NCBI GenBank assembly: GCA_965224565.1
Contig: CBDCZN010000002.1
Location: 602,570 to 666,569 of the forward strand
Reading direction: 5' to 3'
From: Methylococcales bacterium
GTDB lineage: Bacteria > Pseudomonadota > Gammaproteobacteria > Methylococcales > DRLZ01
DNA length: 64,000 bases
The notes below the pieces were generated by a model. It was not told the DNA's origin. It searched no databases and worked only from the letters and a program-made list of their open reading frames with translations. A program made the translations under genes and the position numbers. Positions 19,554-29,113 of this stretch are shown here, piece after piece (within the stretch, counting starts at the first letter, position 1; every line of letters begins with the position of its first letter).

Positions 19554-21044
19554 TTAGCTATACCTAAAATTTATTGAACCCTCAAACTTGTCTTCAAGCT
19601 TTTCACCATGCAAGGCACTAAACGGCCCAAGAGCTGGTAATAACACGAATAACACATTATTTTCTTCGCACCATTTTTTGACTCTAGATAACTTAACAGG
19701 ATCTGGTATTTGAACAAACCAGAGTTGATCAAAATGATAGCGTTGCTGAATAGTGGAAAGATCTCTTTCACTTCCAAGAATTTTAACGCCCAACAACGGT
19801 TTGCCTTGTTGAGTAATTTCATCTTCAATGAATCCAACTAATTCTGCGTCAGGGAAACCCACTTGAATAAGCGAACCTAGTTTTACAGCACGATCATCTA
19901 CGCCATAAATGAGGACGTGCTTACATGTATCTGTATTCTTCCTTGATTGTTTTAATGCACTGAATCGAATGAACTCTTTATAGATAACTCTGGGTGTTAT
20001 CATAAAAGTAGATGATAACAAAAAGCCCAAGGGGGCTAACATAAAAGATATGTCACGCCCTAAGAAATACAATAAAGTTAAAAATGCCGTTCCCCATCCC
20101 AAGGCAAGTAAGAGTACTGTGCGTATAACATCGGATGGTGAAATATGCCGTAGAGTCCGACGATAAACACCACCTATAATCAATAGGGGCATTAAAATAA
20201 ACGGAAACATCCACATTCCAGCGATTAAATAATCGTACTGAAGAATAAAATCTTCCTTCCCGTAACGCATCAAAATGGCAAGTGTCCAGGAAAGGCTGAT
20301 AAAAAAGCCATCAATAACAATGAGAGGTAAATGTTCTTTGCAAATCTGTTTCCAGTTAATCGCCCCAACGAAGCTTACATATAAGCCCCTAACAATCCAT
20401 CCTAATTCACTAAAAAAATTTGAGTTGGAGAAAAAAGCGTAGTCTCGTTTAGCTTTTCTTGGAAACAAGTTCTCAGTGTAAAACACTTCAGGATCAATAT
20501 CTAAGGGGTACATAGCAGACTCGTTTCTAAATTCAACCTGGTTAGGGCCAAAAATTCCTGGAACAAACCTAAGTACACCAGAATACTCACCATCAAATAA
20601 ATGCTTATATCTCAATGACTCCGGACGAGGTCCAACAAATGACATCTCCCCAATAAAAATATTCCATAACTGGGGTAACTCATCCAGCTTGGTGCGTTCT
20701 AAAATATTCCCCACTCGAGTCATTCTGACGTCACCAGCTACAGTTACACCTGGCCCTTTGTTTCCCCAATTAGACGGAAACTTTCTAAATTTCAGGATAT
20801 TGAAAGGTTTTCCACCTTTACCTAAACGCGGTTGAGAAAAAATTATTTCACCAGGGCTTTCAAGTTTTACCGCCAATGTTATCAGCAGCATAATTGGCGC
20901 GCTTAAAACTAAGCCTACGGTAGCCAAAGTCATATCAAAAAAACGCTTACCAAAACTAACATTTCTGATTTGGAGCGAGTTATTTTTATTATGAAAACTC
21001 GGTTTAAGCCCTAATACTATTTCCTGATTTCTCATGAAACTCAA
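19554..21044 (-). CDS. Initiating phosphoglycosyltransferase (bacterial sugar transferase domain) fused to a C-terminal 4-TM + Rossmann-like module
   Basis: 496 aa. N-terminal half: KRFFDMTLATVGLVLSAPIMLLITLAVKLESPGEIIFSQPRLGKGGKPFNILKFRKF...DELPQLWNIFIGEMSFVGPRPE (PglC/WbaP catalytic domain). C-terminal half: hydrophobic helices, then HVLIYGVDDRAVKLGSLI...ELVGFIEDEITQQGKPLLGVKILG (CapD/WbaP-type nucleotide-binding-like module). Confidence 0.85.
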   Translation of the reverse strand: MSFMRNQEIVLGLKPSFHNKNNSLQIRNVSFGKRFFDMTLATVGLVLSAPIMLLITLAVKLESPGEIIFSQPRLGKGGKPFNILKFRKFPSNWGNKGPGVTVAGDVRMTRVGNILERTKLDELPQLWNIFIGEMSFVGPRPESLRYKHLFDGEYSGVLRFVPGIFGPNQVEFRNESAMYPLDIDPEVFYTENLFPRKAKRDYAFFSNSNFFSELGWIVRGLYVSFVGAINWKQICKEHLPLIVIDGFFISLSWTLAILMRYGKEDFILQYDYLIAGMWMFPFILMPLLIIGGVYRRTLRHISPSDVIRTVLLLALGWGTAFLTLLYFLGRDISFMLAPLGFLLSSTFMITPRVIYKEFIRFSALKQSRKNTDTCKHVLIYGVDDRAVKLGSLIQVGFPDAELVGFIEDEITQQGKPLLGVKILGSERDLSTIQQRYHFDQLWFVQIPDPVKLSRVKKWCEENNVLFVLLPALGPFSALHGEKLEDKFEGSINFRYS

Positions 21045-21956
21045 TTGCTCCCTACTTCATACATTTGACCGGGCTCAACCATGCGATTATTCCGATATAG
21101 GTATGTATGAAAAAATGAAATCATAATGATGTGCCTATAAAATGAAACGGTTGCAAATCTACTCGTCCTATCTCTTTGATATTAAACCCATCTAAATTTT
21201 TGTGAGAATAATAACTCAGTTGTTAGATGATTTGTCTTTGCAGGCAGTTTTCTGATTTTTTACGTATTCTATAGGTTGTGTAAAAAAATTATCGAAAAAA
21301 GGAGGATGTAAATTTACAATAAAAAATGATAAAATACAAGTGGTTTTGGTATCTGTATAATATTTATTTATATTTTTTTGTATAATAACTACTATCACTA
21401 TCGCTATACATTTAATAATTGAAGTTATAAATATTAAGTGGCTTTATTTAATAAAATTAATTACTTAGAGTTTGTATGTAATTTTGTTTATATATGACCT
21501 GTCCCCTATAAATCAAATAAAATGGGTGCGGATTTCAGAGCTGTTTAGTCCATCTGAAAAAATTTTTGATTTCACAAGGGAAGAAGTGATCAAATCTGCC
21601 CGCATGAGATAGTAGAGTTATTAATAAAATTTGAAGTCAATTGCCAGCTGAACCACCAAACCTCCAGTCGCGAATAACGACTGACAAGATAAGAAGTGAT
21701 TTTTAACAAAATAGAGCAAGCGTACTCTGGATGAATCCAGTTGGTTGACTTGATATAGGGATTAAGCCTACCTGTTTGATTTCAAAGACATGTGACCAGG
21801 AACCCAAGCCAGTTTTTTGTCAAGCAGGATGTGCATTCACTGTACACGTACACAAAATGATTAGGTTTTTCAGATATCCAAAGAAGATACCATCTATGAA
21901 ATAGTGAGTATTCGTTGTTTTGTAAGGTGGAATAGTAGTGAAAATATACACATGTT

Positions 21957-22049
21957 ATACCAATCCCAATATATTCTTAGTTAAATAATCATCGTTAATA
22001 CATTTTCCTGTATGGAAAGGTATATATGAGAACTTATTGGGATTGGTAT
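21957..22049. repeat. 93-bp hairpin-forming element with perfect 15-bp inverted repeats
   Basis: ataccaatcccaata (21957-21971) versus tattgggattggtat (22035-22049), located just downstream of the minus-strand nucleotidyltransferase gene. Confidence 0.55.
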
Positions 22050-22140
22050 TAGATGGCAGTTGATAGCTGCCTGAGGGAAGATTCAGTCAGTTGTTTTGCG
22101 AAAAGGCAGATGAAGAAAAAACCAGAGAAACGACCGAAGA

Positions 22141-22875
22141 TTATGTTGCCTTATCAATTGCATTATTACTGATATAAAAGCCGTCTTCATTAGAATCAAC
22201 CAATTCCTGAGCTTTTTGAAAATCTTCAGGACGACCAATATCCATCCATAGCCCATCATGCTGGAAAACATGAATAGGGACATTCTTCTCCAATAAGATA
22301 TGAACCAGATCATCAAAACCAAAAGCCACACCCTTCGGTATATGTTTAAGAATTTTAGGCTCCATACAATACATACCCATGCTTACCTGATATTGCATGG
22401 ATGGTTTTTCTCTAAAGCGTGTTACTCTTGATAAATTATCAGTATCCAATACACCCAAATCAACTTTAACTGTTTTAGAAGTGACTGCAATGCTCAATAA
22501 CCCACCATGTGAACGATGAAAATCTCTGAATGCATTTAAATCAAGATCAGTCACCAAATCTCCATTAAGTACCAAAAAAGTCTCATCAAGTTGATCTTCC
22601 ACCAGTCTTAAAGCACCCACTGTACCCATTGGTTCCTTCTCTTCAGAATAAGCAATACTCATATCCCACTGGCTGCCATCACCAATTAACGATCTTAATA
22701 AATGTCCTAAATACCCCGTAGTCACATAAGCTTCTTCAATGCCATTGCGACGTAGCCATTTCAGTAAGCTCTCAATGACTGGTACTCCTCCCACAGGCAT
22801 CATGGGTTTAGGCAAAATTAACGTATAAGGTCTTAGCCGAGTCCCTTGACCACCGGCTTGAATGACAGCTTTCAT
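22141..22875 (-). CDS. Sugar-phosphate nucleotidyltransferase (NTP_transferase family)
   Basis: 244 aa with the N-terminal signature MKAVIQAGGQGTRLRPYTLILPKPMMPVGG. The sugar and nucleotide specificity cannot be read from sequence. Confidence 0.8.
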   Translation of the reverse strand: MKAVIQAGGQGTRLRPYTLILPKPMMPVGGVPVIESLLKWLRRNGIEEAYVTTGYLGHLLRSLIGDGSQWDMSIAYSEEKEPMGTVGALRLVEDQLDETFLVLNGDLVTDLDLNAFRDFHRSHGGLLSIAVTSKTVKVDLGVLDTDNLSRVTRFREKPSMQYQVSMGMYCMEPKILKHIPKGVAFGFDDLVHILLEKNVPIHVFQHDGLWMDIGRPEDFQKAQELVDSNEDGFYISNNAIDKAT

Positions 22876-22931
22876 GATTTTATCCTTTGAAGTAAAATAT
22901 ATTCGGTCACGCTATTACATAGCACCACTCT

Positions 22932-24122
22932 TTACATCTTGTTATCAAGATGCTCACCCGTCTCCAGATGTCCAAACTCTGGTACCATCATTTGGAAAAA
23001 TGCCAACATATCCGCTTTATTCCACTTTCCGGATTTTTTCAGCTGACCAATTTCAGCAGTAAACTGTTCCAGTTTCTCAGCATTAAATTCCGGATCATTT
23101 TTAATAACGCCCAGGTTAATAAAGCGCTGCATGTCCAACGTTTCATTGCCCGTATAAAATTCCTCGAAATCCTTTTCACCGGTCGTATTGCTGGGTGAAA
23201 AATAACAAGGCCATTTCCCCTCACGAGATAAGCTATCTACAGAATTTCGTGCCTCATCTTCAGACTCGCATTCCACAGCTTCATAGCCCATTTGCTGCAA
23301 ATAACGTCGAGCAATTTCATCAAAAGTAATCAAATGTAATTGATCGCTTAACTTAGGGAAAAAAATCTCACGGTTATTACCCAGCAAGCAAGACATCAAA
23401 CAGAGTTCCCCCGACTCTTTAGGCGACACAAAATAGCGCCGAACATCATTTGGAGCGGCGATTGGTTGCTTTTTCTGAAGGCGATTATTAAAACCGTGCA
23501 ATAAACTCCCATCAGAAAAAGCCACATTCGCAAAGCGAGCAGTCGAAACCGGGATGTCAAGACTGCGGCGCATCAAATAATGTTCCATAATCCGTTTTGA
23601 ACAGCCCATCATGTTAACTGGGTTAGCAGCCTTATCGGTTGATACACAAAAATACTTCTGAGCACCCATTTGAGCTGCTTGTCTTAGTGTTTTCTCCGTA
23701 TTAAATACATTCACATTAACCATGCGCATCAATGTAAACGGATCTTTTTCGCTACGCACATGCTTTAAAGCGGATAGATTCAAAATATAATCATATGACC
23801 CTTCATGCGCCAGCATTGCATCAAATTCTGGTGAGCCAATATCCAGAGAAAACGATTTAAAATCGCCTTCAAGATAACCAAATGAACTGCGAATATCACG
23901 AACCAGCTCAACAAGGTTGTTTTCACTAATATCAACAACATGCAAAGACTTTGGATTACGTCGGAAAATCTCTTTGGTAACCGCTTGACCAATTGACCCT
24001 GCGCCGCCAATGACCAGAAATGAACTGCGTGACACAATATTCCGCATTTCAGCATCATGGATTGCAATATCATCCGTAAACAACTCAGCTTCACGACCGA
24101 TTAAATCCAGTACAAAATCCAT
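22932..24122 (-). CDS. CapD/PglF/WbpM-type NDP-sugar 4,6-dehydratase catalytic domain, lacking the usual N-terminal membrane module
   Basis: 396 aa. It begins at the linker (DLIGREAELF...), followed by the SDR glycine motif FLVIGGAGSIGQAV and CVSTDKAANPVNMMGCSKR (Polysacc_synt_2-type). Confidence 0.8.
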   Translation of the reverse strand: MDFVLDLIGREAELFTDDIAIHDAEMRNIVSRSSFLVIGGAGSIGQAVTKEIFRRNPKSLHVVDISENNLVELVRDIRSSFGYLEGDFKSFSLDIGSPEFDAMLAHEGSYDYILNLSALKHVRSEKDPFTLMRMVNVNVFNTEKTLRQAAQMGAQKYFCVSTDKAANPVNMMGCSKRIMEHYLMRRSLDIPVSTARFANVAFSDGSLLHGFNNRLQKKQPIAAPNDVRRYFVSPKESGELCLMSCLLGNNREIFFPKLSDQLHLITFDEIARRYLQQMGYEAVECESEDEARNSVDSLSREGKWPCYFSPSNTTGEKDFEEFYTGNETLDMQRFINLGVIKNDPEFNAEKLEQFTAEIGQLKKSGKWNKADMLAFFQMMVPEFGHLETGEHLDNKM

Positions 24123-24480
24123 TAAAACATCCTAAAAAAATAGAAATGACAAGCTGATATAGCCAAGAATACAAGGCTGCTTAAAATGGGGCCTGCAGGA
24201 GTTTTTACGATTAATAATGTCATGGTTTAAATTGCCAATAGCTGCCATTTCAGCGTTCGAGATAGCAAATAACTCTTCGAGGTAACTTGCTCCCAGCACC
24301 TTATCCTTCACCACAATTATCATTACTGGCCTCTTGTTCTTACCCTCTGCGCCATTGACCAATGTAAAGCATTGCACAAGATCTTGTAAATCGAACTTTA
24401 AATAAATAGTTTATTTGATGTAAAATATACTTTAGACTAATGTTGTATTCGTATAAAACGTTCTTTATATCTACAATCTT

Positions 24481-25671
24481 ATGATACCAATCATTCTTCA
24501 GCAAGCATCGATGTTTATTCTGGCCAAGGGTCAACCAGCATATCATCGGTTTCTTTATAAAGAAATAGACTTTAGCGAACGCCTGATCGGGATAAAAGGC
24601 GCACGCGGTTCTGGAAAAACCACACTAATATTGCAATTTGCAAAAAATAGTGGTCTAAAGTCTTCTCAAATTTTGTATCTCTCTTGCGATCACCCAGCCA
24701 TGGCAGAAGGAGATCTATATAATCTTGCCCAGACCTTTTATCAGGAAGGTGGGAAACTTCTTCTACTAGACGAAATCCATAAATTCAGAAACTTCGCAAC
24801 ACATCTGAAAGCTATTTATGACACCTTTGAATTAAAGGTGATTTTTTCTGGTTCTTCCGCGTTAAGAATAGAACACGAACTCGTTGACCTGTCACGAAGA
24901 GCCATTGTATTTGAGCTGCCTGTTCTGTCTTTTCGGGAATTCCTGGAAATTGAAACTCAAGAAACTTATATAAGTTCTACATTGGAAGATATACTGAACG
25001 ATCATGTCAATATTGCCACAACCATTACACAACGCATTCGTCCTATCGAATACTACAAAAGATACCTTTCTTACGGAGCATACCCATTTTACAAGGAATC
25101 TATTAAAAGTTACACACAAAAACTTACAGAAATCATTAATATAACCATTGATTCCGACCTTTGTGGTATCTACAACATTGAGCCGCTCAAGTTAGATAAG
25201 TTAAAGAAGATTCTCTACATGTTGTGTATAACCAATCCTGTGGAACTAAACATTTCAAAACTAAGCAGTGCAGTAGGAACGTCATGGCCCACGCTATCCA
25301 AATACCTGGAACGCATGGATGCCGGCAGCTTAATTCACATCATACGAGGTGGAACAGGAATGCGATCCGTAAACAAGCCAGACAAACTGTTACTTGATAA
25401 CCCGAATCTATTCTACACACTATGTGCCACGCCGAATATAGGGTCAATTCGAGAAAGCTTCTTTATCTCACAAGTATCCTACTCTCACCCAGTTCACTAC
25501 CATGACAAAGGCGATTTTATCATTGATGACGATATAATATTTGAAATTGGCGGAGCTAGCAAACCCTTCAAACAAATTGCCAACACTAAAAAAGCATTTC
25601 TTGCCGTTGATGATATAGAAACAGGCAATACCACACGTATTCCTCTTTGGTTACTGGGAATGCTCTATTAA
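24481..25671 (+). CDS. AAA_14/DUF4143-type ATPase
   Basis: 396 aa with Walker A GIKGARGSGKTTL and Walker B LLLLDEIHKF, plus a C-terminal region resembling DUF4143. It is one of the few genes on the + strand in this part of the locus. Confidence 0.7.
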   Translation: MIPIILQQASMFILAKGQPAYHRFLYKEIDFSERLIGIKGARGSGKTTLILQFAKNSGLKSSQILYLSCDHPAMAEGDLYNLAQTFYQEGGKLLLLDEIHKFRNFATHLKAIYDTFELKVIFSGSSALRIEHELVDLSRRAIVFELPVLSFREFLEIETQETYISSTLEDILNDHVNIATTITQRIRPIEYYKRYLSYGAYPFYKESIKSYTQKLTEIINITIDSDLCGIYNIEPLKLDKLKKILYMLCITNPVELNISKLSSAVGTSWPTLSKYLERMDAGSLIHIIRGGTGMRSVNKPDKLLLDNPNLFYTLCATPNIGSIRESFFISQVSYSHPVHYHDKGDFIIDDDIIFEIGGASKPFKQIANTKKAFLAVDDIETGNTTRIPLWLLGMLY

Positions 25672-25732
25672 TTTTCAGTCACGAAATCCATCGACAAATT
25701 GCTAAAAGAAGATAGGTTTCAGGGGTAAAAAA

Positions 25733-26863
25733 TCACCCTAGAGCTTCCAATAAACTCTCAATCACCCAATCCATTTGCCCAAAAGACATGCTAGGAAACA
25801 AAGGCAAAGTCAATACACGTTCAGCGATATCATCAGCAATCGGTGTAGCCTGGAAATGTCTATCTTTATAGGCGCTAAATTGTCGGAAAGAGGGATAATG
25901 AATACTAGTTTGAACTCCCTTGTTTTTCATCGCGTTAATCACTGAAATGCGGTCCACATCCTTATCCAGCAAAACCGGAAGAATATGATAAGCACTAACA
26001 CAATCCTGCAATCCAATAAATGGAACAGTGACTTTTTCACACTCGTTTAACGCAGCAACACAACGCTCCACCAATACTCCACGTTGTAGATTACCCGCTT
26101 GTAACTTTGATAGTTGAACCAGTCCGATAGCCGCACGAATTTCATCCATTCGATAATTTAACCCCGGGCGAACCACATCGTAAGAAATAGCACGACCCTT
26201 ATGTCGATCAAGTGTCAATGTGGTCATTCCATGAGAACGTAAAAATTGTGCCTGTTGACTTAACTCAGCCGACTTAGCCGAAAGCATTCCACCCTCACCA
26301 ATCGATAAATTTTTATTGGTAAAAAAAGAAAAACAGCCAAAATCACCAAACGTGCCGCACGTTTGTCCCTTATAAGAAGCACCAGGAGCATGCGCAACAT
26401 CTTCTATTAATCGAATGCCTCGCTCCTTACACAAGGCAGTAATTGCATCCATCTCGCAAGGATATCCAGCAAAATGCACCACAATAACAGCCTTTGTTTT
26501 CTCAGTAAGACAAGCTTTAATAGAATCTGCAGTTACATTCCAGTTAGCATAAGATCCGCAATCAGCCAAAACCGGGGTCGCACCAACCATCTCTACTGCA
26601 TTAATATCGGCTACAAACGTTAAGGCAGGAATGACCACTTCATCGCTATTTCCAACATCCAAAGCCAACAAAGCCAAATGCAACGCAGCCGTACAGCTAG
26701 ACAAAGCAGTGCAAAATACCTCGCCGCCTAAATTTTCAGCAAACGTTGATTCGAAGGATTGAATACGCTCACCCATCGTCAGCCAGCGACTTTCAATAAC
26801 CGCAGACACAGCATCAGACTCTTGATGATCAAAATTCAATTTAAATAATGGGACTTTCCACAT
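25733..26863 (-). CDS. DegT/DnrJ/EryC1/StrS family sugar aminotransferase
   Basis: 376 aa. It is PLP aminotransferase fold type I-like, with NFDHQESDAVSAVIESRWLTMG at the N-terminus and a FSFFTNKNLSIGEGG motif (PLP Lys). Confidence 0.85.
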   Translation of the reverse strand: MWKVPLFKLNFDHQESDAVSAVIESRWLTMGERIQSFESTFAENLGGEVFCTALSSCTAALHLALLALDVGNSDEVVIPALTFVADINAVEMVGATPVLADCGSYANWNVTADSIKACLTEKTKAVIVVHFAGYPCEMDAITALCKERGIRLIEDVAHAPGASYKGQTCGTFGDFGCFSFFTNKNLSIGEGGMLSAKSAELSQQAQFLRSHGMTTLTLDRHKGRAISYDVVRPGLNYRMDEIRAAIGLVQLSKLQAGNLQRGVLVERCVAALNECEKVTVPFIGLQDCVSAYHILPVLLDKDVDRISVINAMKNKGVQTSIHYPSFRQFSAYKDRHFQATPIADDIAERVLTLPLFPSMSFGQMDWVIESLLEALG

Positions 26864-26985
26864 AAAAATATTCCAGCTATAACGACAGAGGCAAACTACA
26901 GGGTACTATCCATTTTGTCATTGATGAGAAAACAATGTCACTTGATTTCTAAGAGTTTCCGCTGCAAAAAACAACATCTATGAAC

Positions 26986-27204
26986 TTATTCAACAATAAA
27001 ATTAGAATGCTGTTCTAAAAACGAAAGAATTTTATCAACATTGCTGGATGTCGTGGGTAAGTTCACGACATGAGAAGACAAATATTGAGCAACAGGAAAG
27101 TGATCACGCTGCAATCCCCATACTGACAAATCACCCTCAACAGGATGTAACGGAGAAGTAAACCATTCACCCAGGTTAATTCGGTGCTTCTCTGCTAAAG
27201 CCAT
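26986..27204 (-). pseudogene. 3'-terminal remnant (last 72 codons) of a second DegT-type aminotransferase
   Basis: MALAEKHRINLGEWFTSPLHPVEGDLSVWGLQRDHFPVAQYLSSHVVNLPTT... aligns almost residue for residue with the C-terminus of the intact gene at 31840-32994. There is no upstream coding continuation; the remnant abuts the palindromic element at 27211. Confidence 0.8.
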
Positions 27205-27210
27205 AAATTT

Positions 27211-27353
27211 AGGGTGCCTCTAATAATTAGGATTTTTGTTCGAGTTCAAGGCGGATGATTTTCGAGAACCGCAGTGTATATGGAATACATGAGGATCGCA
27301 GAAAACCATCCAACGCTGAAATCGGGCAAAAAGGCAATTATTAGAGGTGCCCT
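27211..27353. repeat. 143-bp imperfect palindromic (MITE/ERIC-like) element
   Basis: 18-bp arms agggtgcctctaataatt (27211-27228) versus aattattagaggtgccct (27336-27353). The 2 mismatches are both G-U compatible on the + strand. The inner arms ggatgattttcg / gcagaaaaccatcc pair. A solo arm-like copy (tattattagaggcccctttagg) occurs near 10187-10210. Confidence 0.65.
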
Positions 27354-27543
27354 TTACTACGTTGATTAACGGCTTTGTATAGATTAAGAGAGAAATTGAA
27401 TGCCTAATTTTGATAAAAACCCCTGGCCAATATTATTTTTGTGTAGAGATGCAATCTGAATTATTTCATTATCCGTAATATTGGTGTGCTTGATGATCAT
27501 TTTGTGAATTTTTTTGGTTTAAGCAAGAATATCAGTTATTACT

Positions 27544-28896
27544 CTATATTGCATGATAGCCACCTGTTTTGGGTGATCCTCTATACTCAATTTTGTGTTC
27601 ATCTTTTAATTGTTTTAGCCAGCGCTCCAGAGTTCTTTGAGGTAGAGAGAGTACCACTTTTAGCTCATTGGTTCTTTTCCCCGGATGGGCATCAATATAT
27701 GCCAAGAGGTCATTTACTCCGCCATTTACTCCGCCATTTACTCCGCCATGCCTCTCTTCATCTTGCTGAAATGTGACCAATACACCATCGCCCATTTCCT
27801 CAATTTTGAAGGTTACGTGTGGATAATCCTGAAGTGCTTTGCGAATACGGATGAAGCCACTGCCGTATTTTTCAATATTTTTTGTCAGGTAAAATGCTTC
27901 TGCAACTAACTTGTTACGCAGGTGTGATTGATAGTGATCCGTTTTGATGTCTTCTATCGTTAAGCCACCAAAAAATCGACCAGGGCTAAAAATCGTGATG
28001 CTGTGATCAAAAATCTTGATTTGAATATCAGATGGGCTAGTGTAATCACGGTGAACCAATGCATTTAAAAGTGCTTCGCGCAGAGCAGGCAGTGGATAAG
28101 CAAAGCGCTCTTGTCGTTGCAATTGTCCAGCGAATTCGAAACTAACACTGATATGCGACAAAATAAATTTCATCGCTTGTTCAACTGCTTCAAACAGAGT
28201 GTCTGTGATTTGACGGTCGTCCAGGATCAAGGTGGGTGTTTTGAAACGCCCAATATGGATGTGGTGTCGCAAAGGGTCTTGTGCGAACAGGAGTAATGCA
28301 GCCCAGCTAGGTTGTTGTTCAGTGATATATTTAAGCTTTTCCAGTGCTAATAATGGTGATGGATCAAGGTTAAACCGTCCCCCGTCGTTCACCTGCGTGA
28401 TAAACGCTTCTATTTTTGTAACAGACAAATCATCGAGTTTCGCATTAATTGCTGGGTAGGTATCCCACGACAATTGCAATGATTGCATGTAAAGATCATT
28501 AATCTCACTCAGACTAAGCTGGTGATTAGAGCTAGCAACGCGTTTGAAATATCGTCCTCGTGTATTGACTGGCTTAACCGGATATTCACCTATGGAGATT
28601 AGCGCTAGAGTTTTTCCATTCAGGTCAACAGCTGAGATGTCAGGAATGATTGATGGACTGCTGGTGGATTTGATTTGACCAAGCCATTCATTCAGCGTCT
28701 CTTTCCCTAAAGTAACACCTTGAACAACACCTTTGTCAGTAACGCCAACCAATACGCAACCACCTTCAGCATTGGCAAAAGCAACCAAAGTTTCAATCGT
28801 GCTGCGATCGAACGAGGTTTTAAACTCAGTAGTTTGTGATTCGCCTTGTGTGATGAGTGTCGTAAGGTTTTGTTTTTTCATTCCATTCCATTTCAC
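27544..28896 (-). CDS. AlbA_2 (Schlafen-like) DNA-binding domain + HATPase_c_4 + C-terminal winged-helix protein (copy 1)
   Basis: 450 aa. N-terminus: LITQGESQTTEFKTSFDRSTIETLVAFANAEGGCVLVGVTDKG (AlbA_2 signature). Middle: ALREALLNALVHRDYTS (HATPase_c_4 signature). C-terminus: PQRTLERWLKQLKDEHKIEYRGSPKTGGY (wHTH-like). Confidence 0.8.
   Translation of the reverse strand: MKWNGMKKQNLTTLITQGESQTTEFKTSFDRSTIETLVAFANAEGGCVLVGVTDKGVVQGVTLGKETLNEWLGQIKSTSSPSIIPDISAVDLNGKTLALISIGEYPVKPVNTRGRYFKRVASSNHQLSLSEINDLYMQSLQLSWDTYPAINAKLDDLSVTKIEAFITQVNDGGRFNLDPSPLLALEKLKYITEQQPSWAALLLFAQDPLRHHIHIGRFKTPTLILDDRQITDTLFEAVEQAMKFILSHISVSFEFAGQLQRQERFAYPLPALREALLNALVHRDYTSPSDIQIKIFDHSITIFSPGRFFGGLTIEDIKTDHYQSHLRNKLVAEAFYLTKNIEKYGSGFIRIRKALQDYPHVTFKIEEMGDGVLVTFQQDEERHGGVNGGVNGGVNDLLAYIDAHPGKRTNELKVVLSLPQRTLERWLKQLKDEHKIEYRGSPKTGGYHAI
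27711..27746. repeat. In-frame 12-bp tandem repeat, 3 copies (catttactccgc), encoding (GGVN)3
   Basis: Read directly from the sequence. It lies in the linker before the C-terminal wHTH of the gene at 27544-28896. Confidence 0.9.
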
Positions 28897-29113
28897 TCAG
28901 CTTTGTTATACACAGCAACTTGACCTTATTATGGAATGGGGATGAAGTAAATTGCGCGTGAGGGCGCAGGATTTTTGTTTGTCTTTAAGGTACGAAAACG
29001 AGGCGCATATCAAACTGCGTGGCTGTATTTGTTCATTGCTCTCGGGAAAAAATTAATGCGCCATCAATACGGTAATGTAACCTCACGTAGTGAATCCAGT
29101 GTAAAAATAATAT

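Noticed and set aside
24132-24377. 81-aa minus-strand ORF directly upstream of the dehydratase gene
   Set aside because: No motif was recognised. It could be a remnant of the missing CapD N-terminal region, but the resemblance is too weak to call.
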